Shown here piece after piece: positions 28,916 to 36,204 of a DNA stretch of 64,000 nucleotides. The position numbers were made by a program, and so were the translations under genes. Every line of letters begins with the position of its first letter. Positions within the stretch are counted from its first letter, which is position 1. Below the pieces are notes generated by a model that saw only the letters and a program-made list of their open reading frames with translations, was not told the origin of the DNA and searched no databases. The DNA lies in assembly GCA_031459385.1 (NCBI GenBank), contig JAVKIP010000013.1, forward strand, positions 19,353-83,352, in the 5' to 3' direction. The DNA is from Candidatus Fervidifonticultor secundus (GTDB taxonomy: Bacteria; Sysuimicrobiota; Sysuimicrobiia; Sysuimicrobiales; Humicultoraceae).

Positions 28916-28944
28916 CAAAGAGCCGCCGGTGAACCGGCGGCTCT
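28916..28944 (-). terminator. intrinsic terminator, expression platform of the TPP riboswitch
   Basis: AGAGCCGCCGG-TTCA-CCGGCGGCTCT followed by TTGCGTT on the minus strand, between the aptamer and the RBS. Confidence 0.7.
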
Positions 28945-28953
28945 GACGCATCC

Positions 28954-29036
28954 AACTCCCTCCGCTGGTATTACCCAGCTCAGGTTCAGACGGTCGGTGG
29001 CGGGACGGCCACCCTCTCAGCCCGGCTCCCCGAGCT
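28954..29036 (-). ncRNA. TPP riboswitch (THI element)
   Basis: Minus strand GGGGAGCC..GGCTGAGAG...GACCGTCTGAACCTGAGCTGGGTAATACCAGCGGAGGGA, containing the canonical CUGAGA, ACCUGA and UAAU..CAGCG.AGGGA elements. Confidence 0.95.
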
Positions 29037-29182
29037 CCCGCGTACTATGGGTCTATGGACTCTAGCCTACGGCCGGCCGCGAGATCTGGCAAGGGGCCCG
29101 GCGTACTGGCCCTGGCGAGGGCGCGTGAGCTCTCGGTACAATGAGGCCGGTAGCCAACCCCCGCAGGGAGGAGGGATTTGCC

Positions 29183-30166
29183 TTGACGTACCGTCCCGGA
29201 GGATTGCTCGCGGTCGTCGCGCTGCTGGCGGCGCTGGTGCTCCCCGCCGCCCAGCCGCCGGCGGTCGCAGCACCCACGATTCGGCTCTCGATCGCGACCG
29301 GTACGACCGGCGGAGTCTACTTCCCGCTTGGCGGCGGGCTGGCATCGCTGATCTCCAAGGAACTGCCCGGTATCACGGCCACCGCCGAGGTCACCCCCGC
29401 GTCGGTGGACAACATGCGGTTGATCCAGGCCAAGCGGGCCGACCTCGCGTTCACGCTCGCTGACACCGCCTACGACGCGTTCAAAGGGCTCGAAGCCTTT
29501 CGCGGCGCACCGGTGCCGATCCGCACGCTGGCCCCGCTGTACAACAACTTCAACCACCTGGTGACCGTGGAGGGTACCGGCATCAGCACCATCGCCGACC
29601 TGCGGGGCAAGCCCGTCTCGGTCGGGCCGCCGGGCAGCGGCACCGAGCTCACGGCGCTGCGCATCCTCGAGGCCGCGGGGCTGAACCCGGACCGGGACAT
29701 CCGCAAGGAGCGTCTGGGGCCGGCACCGTCGGCGGACGCTCTCAAGGACCGCAAGATCGTAGCCTTCTTCTGGAGCGGCGGCCTGCCCACGCCCAGTGTG
29801 CTCGACCTGGCCGTCTCGCCCGGCGTGCGCATCAAACTGGTACCGCTCGACTCCCTGTTGCCCGCCATGCAGAAGAAGTGGGGTAACCTCTACTTCCGCT
29901 CTGTCATCCAGAAGGAGTTCTACCCGGGCATGGCGGCCGATGTGCCCACGATTGGCGTGGCGAATCTCCTGGTGGTCCACCAGGACTTCAGCGCCGATCT
30001 GGCGTACCGCATCACGAAGCTCCTGTTCGAGAAGCGCGACGACCTGGCGCGGGTGCACAAGGAGGCCGCCAACATCACCCTGATCGGTGCCGCGGGCCGC
30101 TCCCCCGTGCCCTTCCACCCCGGCGCCATCCGGTACTTCAAGGAGCGCGGCGTCGAAGGGTTCTAG
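29183..30166 (+). CDS. TAXI family TRAP transporter solute-binding subunit
   Basis: IATGTTGGVYFPLGG, ASVDN, GPPGSGTE, PFHPGAIRYFKE. Confidence 0.93.
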   Translation: MTYRPGGLLAVVALLAALVLPAAQPPAVAAPTIRLSIATGTTGGVYFPLGGGLASLISKELPGITATAEVTPASVDNMRLIQAKRADLAFTLADTAYDAFKGLEAFRGAPVPIRTLAPLYNNFNHLVTVEGTGISTIADLRGKPVSVGPPGSGTELTALRILEAAGLNPDRDIRKERLGPAPSADALKDRKIVAFFWSGGLPTPSVLDLAVSPGVRIKLVPLDSLLPAMQKKWGNLYFRSVIQKEFYPGMAADVPTIGVANLLVVHQDFSADLAYRITKLLFEKRDDLARVHKEAANITLIGAAGRSPVPFHPGAIRYFKERGVEGF

Positions 30167-30179
30167 GCGCGCGCCGTGG

Positions 30180-30671
30180 GTGCCGGGCGCTGCGGCGGGG
30201 ACGCTCGTCCTCGCCGCAGCCGTGCTGCTGGCGCCCGTGCCCGTGCTCGAGGTGACCCACGAGAGCACCGGCCGGGTGCTGTGGCGCGTCCCCCTGCGCC
30301 AGGGCTCGGTGGTGGAACTGCGCTACACCAGCTCGCTCTTTCGGGTGCCGGTCGTCGAGCGCTTCACGGTCGAGGGTGGGAGGCTGCGGCTCGTCGAAGT
30401 CCTCTCCCCCGCGGACGCGGTCTTCGAGTACCTGCGCATGGACCCACCCTATGTGCGGCGCGGTCCGTGGCTGGCGGCGACGCCGCAGCAGCCGGTGGAG
30501 TTGCCGGCGGTGGTCACCCGCATCGGGCAGACCGGCCAGCAGCGCCTGCGCGTCGACGGCGCCGAACTGGCGCTCTTTCGCGTCGGCACCGGCGAGGCCG
30601 TGCGGATCGCCGTGGAACGCCGGGCCCGCGGGTTCGCGCTGTGGGGGCGGCAGGCCCTGCCGCAGGAGTAG
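30180..30671 (+). CDS. DUF1850-like TAXI-associated protein
   Basis: N-terminal TM, LRYTSSLFRVPVVERF. Sits between the TAXI SBP and the fused permease. Confidence 0.7.
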   Translation: MPGAAAGTLVLAAAVLLAPVPVLEVTHESTGRVLWRVPLRQGSVVELRYTSSLFRVPVVERFTVEGGRLRLVEVLSPADAVFEYLRMDPPYVRRGPWLAATPQQPVELPAVVTRIGQTGQQRLRVDGAELALFRVGTGEAVRIAVERRARGFALWGRQALPQE

Positions 30672-30674
30672 CCG

Positions 30675-32834
30675 ATGACGCCACCTGACGAACTCGAGCC
30701 GGCCCTTGCTCGATCCGAGGAAGAGCTCAAGGAGATCGTCGAGGAGTACGAGGGCAAGACCCGGCGCCTGACCGGCTGGTGGGGCGCGCTGGTGGTCGCC
30801 GTGGGCGTCGCCATGGCCCTCTACCACCTCTACGCCGCGACGGTCCCGTTCGTCCGCCAGATCCACCTCGTGCGGCACCTGATGTTCGTGCTGTTCTTGA
30901 GCTTCCTGCTCTACCCCGGCACGCGGCGGTCCCTGGCACGGACCGCGCCGACCTGGTGGGACGTGGCGCTGGCCGCGGCGGCCCTGGTGTCTCTGGGCTA
31001 CATTCTGGTAGACTTCGAAGCCTTCATCTACCGCGCGTACATCCCGACCCGGCTGGACATGGTCTTCGGCATCGTCACCATTCTGCTGGTGCTGGAGGCG
31101 ACGCGGCGCACCGTAGGCAACGCCCTGCTGCTGGTCGTGATCGCCTTCCTCATCTACGCCTTCATGGGCCCCTGGCTGCCCGAGCCGTGGACGCACCGGG
31201 GCTACGACCTCGTCCGCGTCGTGGGCCAGCTCTACATCACGCTCGAGGGCATCTTCGGCGTACCGCTGGAGGTCTCGGCGACGTTCATCATCCTCTTCAC
31301 GATCTACGGGGCGGTGCTCGAAGCCTCGGGGGCGGGCAGGTTCTTCGTGGACCTGGCGCTGGCCCTGACGCGCGGCCGGCGCACCGCACCCGGCCAGGCT
31401 ACGACGATCGCGTCGTTCCTGCTGGGCGGCCCCTCGGGCAGCGGCGTCGCCACGACGGTCACCGTGGGCGCCATCACCTACCCGCTGCTGAAGCGGGCCG
31501 GCTACAGCCCCGAGTCGGCGGGGGGGCTGCTGTCGGCCGGCGGTATCGGGGCGGTCATCTCGCCGCCGATCCTGGGGGCGGCGGCGTTCATCATCGCCGA
31601 GATCCTCAAGATCTCGTACCTCCAGGTGCTGGTGATGACGATCGTTCCCACCGTCCTGTACTACTTCTCGATCATGCTGATGATCGAGTTCGACGCACGA
31701 CGCATGGCGCTGCGGGCGGTGGAGATTCAGGCCGGCGAGGCGCGGGCGCTGGTGCTGCGGTACTGGTACCTGCTGGCGTCGCTGGTGGTCATTCCGCTGT
31801 TTATGGTCATCGGCTTCACAGCCATCAAGGCGGTCACATGGGCGATCGGGCTGGCCGTGCTCACCAGCTTCCTGCGGCCCGAGACGACGCTGGTGCGCTG
31901 GCGGCCGGCCGAGCCGGGTGGGAGCAGCCCGGCCGTCGCAGATCGGCGCGACCGACCGGCCCGCGGGGCCCGCCGCGGCGGCGTGCCGGCCAGCGGTTGG
32001 CTCGCCGGCAAGGTGCTGCGCGCCGGCGCGGCGGGTAGGAGGCTCGGCAGTGGGGTGCTGCGCGGCGGCCTGCGCCTGGGCAGTCGGGTGTTCGACCCGC
32101 GGGGGCTCATCGGCGCGCTGGATGCCGGCAGCCGCCAGGTGCTCAGCGTGGCCGTCACGTGCGCGGCCGCCGGACTCATCGTGGGCGTCGTGAACCTGAC
32201 CGGCCTGGGCCTGAAGGTCTCGGACATCATCATCGCCTATGCCGGCGGCCGCCTGCTGCCGACGCTGATCTACGCCGCCCTGGCGCTGTGGGTGCTGGGC
32301 CTGGCCCTCCCGATCACGGCCACGTACATCATCGCGGCGGTGATCGTGGCGCCCGCCATGACCAAGCTCGGCGTCCCCGAGCTCGCCGCCCACATGTTCA
32401 TCTTCTACTATGCCATCCTCTCCGAGGTCTCGCCGCCGGTGGGCCTGTCGCCGCTCGCCGCAGCGGCGTTGACGGGCGGCCGGCCGTTTCGGACGATGAT
32501 GATGGCGTGGAAGTACACGCTGCCGGCGTTCGTGGTGCCGTTCATGTTCACGATCCATCGCGACGGCCTGGGCCTGCTCCTCCAGGCACCGTGGCCGGTA
32601 GTCGCCCAGGTCACGGTGACGGCGGCTTTCGGCCTGACGGCGCTGGCCGGCGCGCTGGCGGGCTGGTTCCTCCGGCAGGCCACGGTACCGGAACGGCTGG
32701 TGCTGGCAGCGGCCGGCCTCGTGCTGATCTACCCTGCCGGCGCGCAGGATCTGGTGGCGATCGCGGCCGTGCTGGCGGTTGGGATCGTGCAGTGGGTGAC
32801 GCGCACCCGGCAGGTGGCGGTCACGCGGGGGTGA
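30675..32834 (+). CDS. TRAP transporter 4TM/12TM fusion permease
   Basis: LEATRR, EGIFGVP, SGSGVA, PPILGAAAF, LPITATYI, HMFIFYY, SPPV. Confidence 0.93.
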   Translation: MTPPDELEPALARSEEELKEIVEEYEGKTRRLTGWWGALVVAVGVAMALYHLYAATVPFVRQIHLVRHLMFVLFLSFLLYPGTRRSLARTAPTWWDVALAAAALVSLGYILVDFEAFIYRAYIPTRLDMVFGIVTILLVLEATRRTVGNALLLVVIAFLIYAFMGPWLPEPWTHRGYDLVRVVGQLYITLEGIFGVPLEVSATFIILFTIYGAVLEASGAGRFFVDLALALTRGRRTAPGQATTIASFLLGGPSGSGVATTVTVGAITYPLLKRAGYSPESAGGLLSAGGIGAVISPPILGAAAFIIAEILKISYLQVLVMTIVPTVLYYFSIMLMIEFDARRMALRAVEIQAGEARALVLRYWYLLASLVVIPLFMVIGFTAIKAVTWAIGLAVLTSFLRPETTLVRWRPAEPGGSSPAVADRRDRPARGARRGGVPASGWLAGKVLRAGAAGRRLGSGVLRGGLRLGSRVFDPRGLIGALDAGSRQVLSVAVTCAAAGLIVGVVNLTGLGLKVSDIIIAYAGGRLLPTLIYAALALWVLGLALPITATYIIAAVIVAPAMTKLGVPELAAHMFIFYYAILSEVSPPVGLSPLAAAALTGGRPFRTMMMAWKYTLPAFVVPFMFTIHRDGLGLLLQAPWPVVAQVTVTAAFGLTALAGALAGWFLRQATVPERLVLAAAGLVLIYPAGAQDLVAIAAVLAVGIVQWVTRTRQVAVTRG

Positions 32835-32839
32835 GAGCG

Positions 32840-33226
32840 ATGCCGGAAGAGGATCGGAGCGCGGCGGCGGGCCAGACTGCAGCGGCCGGTCAGACCGGCG
32901 CAGAGGCGGGCGCGGCGGCGGGCCAGACTGCAGCGGCCGGTCAGACCGGCGCAGAGGCGGGCCCGGCCCCGCCTGTGCTGGACGTCGTGCAGACGTTCCT
33001 CAGCGTGCTGGCTGCCCGCGCCTGGCAGCACATGGGTCTGGTGCCCGACCCCGGGAGCGGCAAGGTCGAGCGCAGGCTCGACGAGGCGCAGGTGGCCATC
33101 GATGCGGCCGCGGCCCTGGCCGAGGTGCTGCGCCCGCGGGTAGAAGAGCGCGACCGGCGCGAGATCGAGACCCTCATCACCAATCTGCGCCTGAACTTCG
33201 TCGAGCAGAAGAGCCGGGCGCAGTAA
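32840..33226 (+). CDS. DUF1844 family protein
   Basis: AWQHMGLVPDPGSGK...LDEAQVAID...LITNLRLNFV. Confidence 0.8.
   Translation: MPEEDRSAAAGQTAAAGQTGAEAGAAAGQTAAAGQTGAEAGPAPPVLDVVQTFLSVLAARAWQHMGLVPDPGSGKVERRLDEAQVAIDAAAALAEVLRPRVEERDRREIETLITNLRLNFVEQKSRAQ
32859..32962 (+). repeat. perfect 51-bp in-frame tandem duplication (2 copies)
   Basis: GCGCGGCGGCGGGCCAGACTGCAGCGGCCGGTCAGACCGGCGCAGAGGCGG at 32859 and 32910, encoding AAAGQTAAAGQTGAEAG twice. Confidence 0.95.
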
Positions 33227-33267
33227 GGGCAGCCGGTGGCCGCGTACGCCGAGGTGGCCGCGGACAC

Positions 33268-34005
33268 GTGCACGTGATCCCCGCCGCATCCTACGTGCGG
33301 CTCAAGCATGCGCTGAGCGCGCTGGCGCTGGACGCGGTGCGCGGACGGCCGGCCGCGCGCGCGGCCGCACGGCGGCTGGAGGCGTTCTGGCTCGCGGAGG
33401 GGACTCCAGACGGCCTGCGCGCCGCCCCGGGCGGCCCCGGCCTCCACGCGGTCCCCGGCGGCCGCGGGAACGCTGGCCGCGGTGACGCCGGCCTCCGCCG
33501 TCTGCTGCGTGACGGGCTGCTCGAGCGCAGCGGCGGCTCGCTCGCCTTCCCCGAGGGCTACCGGCCCCACGCGGCCTACGCCCGCCGCCAGGCGCTGCGG
33601 CTGGCCGGCGCCCTGCGCGCGCTGGACGCCCGACCGCGCCGACGCGGTCATCGTGCCGCGGTCGCCCGGGGTGCGGCGCTGTTCGACGCGGGCCTCTTCT
33701 TCGAGTGCCACGAGTTCTTCGAAGAGATCTGGCGGCGCGCACTGCCGGCCGACCGTGCATTCTACCAGGGCATCATCCTGGTCGCGGCCGCCTTCTATCA
33801 CTATGAGAAGGGCACCGCGCACGGGGCACGGGTGAAGCTGGCCGAAGGGATGAAGCGACTGCGCCGCTGCCCGCCGGTGCACCGGGGCGTGCGCGTCGAC
33901 GCCTGGCTCGAGCGGCTGGAGCCGTGGATGGTCCGCGTGGCAGGCGGCGAGGCGGGGCGGGCACTGGCCGCGCACGAGATCCCGACGATCCCGCTGGCAG
34001 ACTGA
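33268..34005 (+). CDS. DUF309 domain protein with N-terminal extension
   Basis: LFDAGLFFECHEFFEEIW...FYQGIILVAAAFYH...GA. Confidence 0.8.
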   Translation: MHVIPAASYVRLKHALSALALDAVRGRPAARAAARRLEAFWLAEGTPDGLRAAPGGPGLHAVPGGRGNAGRGDAGLRRLLRDGLLERSGGSLAFPEGYRPHAAYARRQALRLAGALRALDARPRRRGHRAAVARGAALFDAGLFFECHEFFEEIWRRALPADRAFYQGIILVAAAFYHYEKGTAHGARVKLAEGMKRLRRCPPVHRGVRVDAWLERLEPWMVRVAGGEAGRALAAHEIPTIPLAD

Positions 34006-34060
34006 CCGGGGCGATCGTGGCCCCGCAGACGCCGACGCCCGCATGACCGGGGCTGGCCCT

Positions 34061-35122
34061 CTACGCCGGCGGCGCCATGCCCAACGCCGCGGCGACCTTC
34101 TCCACTTCCGCCACCACGTGCGGCGGCAGCGGGATGCCCGCGGCCGCGTACTCCACCGCGCGGGTGTGCTCGATCTCGCCGGGCAGGTACACGCGATCGA
34201 CGCCGTCGGCCGCCGGCAGCGCACGCACACTGCGGATCAGGGCGTCCACCCGCGTCGTGAACTGCTCGAAGGGCACGAACGCCTCCACCGCGATGGCGAT
34301 GCAGAGATGGCCCAAGCCCTGGGCACGGTCCAGCTCGTCGTAGAGCGACGCGATCTCCGGCCCCGAGCGCGCGCCCGTGAGCAGTCCGGCCAGAATGTCC
34401 GCGGCGAGCGCCAGCCCCGACCCCTTTGGCCCGCCCAGCGGCAACAGTGCGCCCGTCAGCGCCGCCACCGGGTCGGTGGTGGGCCGGCCGTCGCGGTCGA
34501 GGGCCCAGCCCAGGGGAATCGCCTCGCCGCGCGCCGCCGCGGCCTGGATGCGGCTGTGCGGTACGACGCTCGTGGCCATGTCGAGGACCACCGGCGGCTC
34601 GTGGCCCGCAGGCACCGCGATCGCCAGGGGATTGGTGCCGAGGAATGCCGCCCGCGTGCCCCATGGCGCCACCTGCGCGTCGGCGTTGGTCAGCACCACG
34701 CCGATCGCGCCACGGGCCACCGCCCGCAGCGCCGGATAGGCCAGCATCCCGCAGTGGCTGCTGTTGCGGACACCAACGGCAGCGATGCCGTGACGGGCCG
34801 CCCGGTCCAGCGTCAGGTCCATCGCGCGCACGACCGCCGGAATGCCGAGCCCGGCGCCCGCGTCCAGCAGCACCGCCGCACCCCCGTCGCGCACGACCGA
34901 CAGGACGGCGTCAGGGTCGAACGAGCGGCGCCGCAGGCGCGCCACGTAGACGCCCAGCCGCACCACGCCGTGCGTGTGGACGCCCCGCAGGTCGGCGGCT
35001 ACCAGACCGTCGGCGGTGATGCGGGCGTCCTCGGGCCGGGCGCCCGCCAGTCCCAGCGCGCGCCCGGCGAACGCGCGGAGCACGTCGGCTTTGTACCGCC
35101 TGGTGCGCGCGTCCATCCCCAC
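34061..35122 (-). CDS. Ldh_2 family NAD(P)-dependent oxidoreductase (malate / L-sulfolactate / ureidoglycolate dehydrogenase-like)
   Basis: ADLRGVHTHGV, RNSSHCG, GTNPLA, LDMATS, GGPKGSGL, LPGE. Confidence 0.92.
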   Translation of the reverse strand: MGMDARTRRYKADVLRAFAGRALGLAGARPEDARITADGLVAADLRGVHTHGVVRLGVYVARLRRRSFDPDAVLSVVRDGGAAVLLDAGAGLGIPAVVRAMDLTLDRAARHGIAAVGVRNSSHCGMLAYPALRAVARGAIGVVLTNADAQVAPWGTRAAFLGTNPLAIAVPAGHEPPVVLDMATSVVPHSRIQAAAARGEAIPLGWALDRDGRPTTDPVAALTGALLPLGGPKGSGLALAADILAGLLTGARSGPEIASLYDELDRAQGLGHLCIAIAVEAFVPFEQFTTRVDALIRSVRALPAADGVDRVYLPGEIEHTRAVEYAAAGIPLPPHVVAEVEKVAAALGMAPPA

Positions 35123-35199
35123 GGCTTCCTCCAGACTCTCCAGAACGTCTTCCTACGGCTTCCACCTGAGCCCCACGCGCCCTGCTCGTTGCGGTGGCC

Positions 35200-35270
35200 C
35201 CCGGGGCTCCCTGAGCAATCCCCGGAGCTACCTGGGTATTCCCGGGGCCACCTGGGTGATCCCAGAGGCT
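35200..35270. repeat. degenerate direct-repeat array with about 10-bp period (7 units)
   Basis: CCCGGGGCTC CCTGAGCAAT (C) CCCGGAGCTA CCTGGGTATT CCCGGGGCCA CCTGGGTGAT CCCAGAGGCT. Confidence 0.6.
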
Positions 35271-35286
35271 GCTCCCGGGCTGCGCC

Positions 35287-35314
35287 TTGACAGGTCCCCG
35301 GGCTGTGTTACGCT
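35287..35314 (+). promoter_or_regulatory. sigma70 promoter for tRNA-Ser
   Basis: TTGACA (35287-35292), 16 bp, TACGCT (35309-35314), with a TG extended -10. Confidence 0.65.
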
Positions 35315-35370
35315 AGGCTCGCCGGTGCGGTGATTTCGTCCGACGTCCTAATCGCGCGGAGTTGCGTCGC

Positions 35371-35465
35371 GGAGGAGTACGGTAGCCCGGTAACCGGCCC
35401 GCCTGCTAAGCGGGTGGGCGAGTGTTGAGCTCGCCTCGCGGGTTCAAATCCCGCCTCCTCCGCCA
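35371..35465 (+). tRNA. tRNA-Ser(GCT)
   Basis: Acceptor GGAGGAG/CTCCTCC, anticodon arm CCCGC-CTGCTAA-GCGGG, long variable arm, T arm GCGGG-TTCAAAT-CCCGC, G73, encoded CCA. Confidence 0.93.
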
Positions 35466-35649
35466 TTCCAGGGTCGACAGCCCGGAGACGCGGAGAGCGG
35501 CAGCATCAACGGCGGCCCGATGAAGTGGCCCATGCCAGGCCGAGCGACCGCCGTAGCCGGTCGACCGGGCAGCTGGTAGAATGAAGCCATCAATCGGCGC
35601 GGGGCTGGTCCCGATCCCAGACGGGAGGTTGGAGCCGGTTCCGGAACGC

Positions 35650-35725
35650 GCGCCCGTAGCTCAGCGGATAGAGCGTTGGCCTGCGGAGCCAAAGGTCGTG
35701 GGTTCAAGTCCCGCCGGGCGCGCCA
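35650..35725 (+). tRNA. tRNA-Arg(GCG)
   Basis: Acceptor GCGCCCG/CGGGCGC, D arm GCTC-AGCGGATA-GAGC, anticodon arm TTGGC-CTGCGGA-GCCAA (GCG at 35683-35685), T arm GTGGG-TTCAAGT-CCCGC, CCA. Confidence 0.95.
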
Positions 35726-35741
35726 ATCCAGTCCCGGGGCG

Positions 35742-36060
35742 CTCATAGATTCTCCGCTGCGGGGCTTTACCATGCGGACCCCGAGACACCCCCCCGACGT
35801 GCCCACCGAGGAGGAGCTGCGTGCGGTGCTCGCGGCCTGTCCCGAGACGCTGGAAGGTGTGCGCAACCGCACCATGGTCCTGGTGCTCGCTGACAGCGCC
35901 CTGCGCGCCGGCGAGTTCTACACTGCTGATCGAGGATTGGCGGCCGGCTGATCGCGGCCTGTTCGTGCGGGCCGGGAAGGGCCGCAAGACCGGGTGGCGT
36001 TTGTCGGGCCAATGGCCGCACGGGCGCTGAAGACGTGGCTGGCGCTCCACCCTGCGCTTT
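35742..36060 (+). pseudogene. tyrosine recombinase/integrase remnant next to the tRNA-Arg 3' end
   Basis: Three frames give P.VPTEEELRAVL...RNRTMVLVLADSALRAGE / LLIEDW...VRAGKGRK / VAFVGPMAARALKTWL. The first catalytic Arg and the Lys loop are present; the HxxR and Tyr half is missing. Confidence 0.8.
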
Positions 36061-36204
36061 CCCAGAATTGGGTGGATGCTGTCGTATGGAATCGCCTACG
36101 CGCCGCGCTGCGGCGCGAGCTCGAGCAGTTGCTCGCCGCCATCCGCAGCCGCGACGGGGAACAGGCGCCGAATGACGCGTCAGGCGGCCGACCACTGTGG
36201 CGCG

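Noticed and set aside
32859..32962. Direct repeat considered as a possible CRISPR array
   Set aside because: Two abutting copies, no spacers, in frame within a CDS, and no cas genes in the window.
35371..35465. 95-nt tRNA with long variable arm and 4-bp D-stem considered as tRNA-Sec or an allo-tRNA
   Set aside because: Normal 7-bp acceptor and 5-bp T-stem, GCT anticodon and G73 fit an ordinary tRNA-Ser.
36065..36180. WVDAVVWNRLRAALRRELEQ stretch after the integrase relic, considered as a serine-recombinase fragment
   Set aside because: Too short, with no diagnostic catalytic motif.
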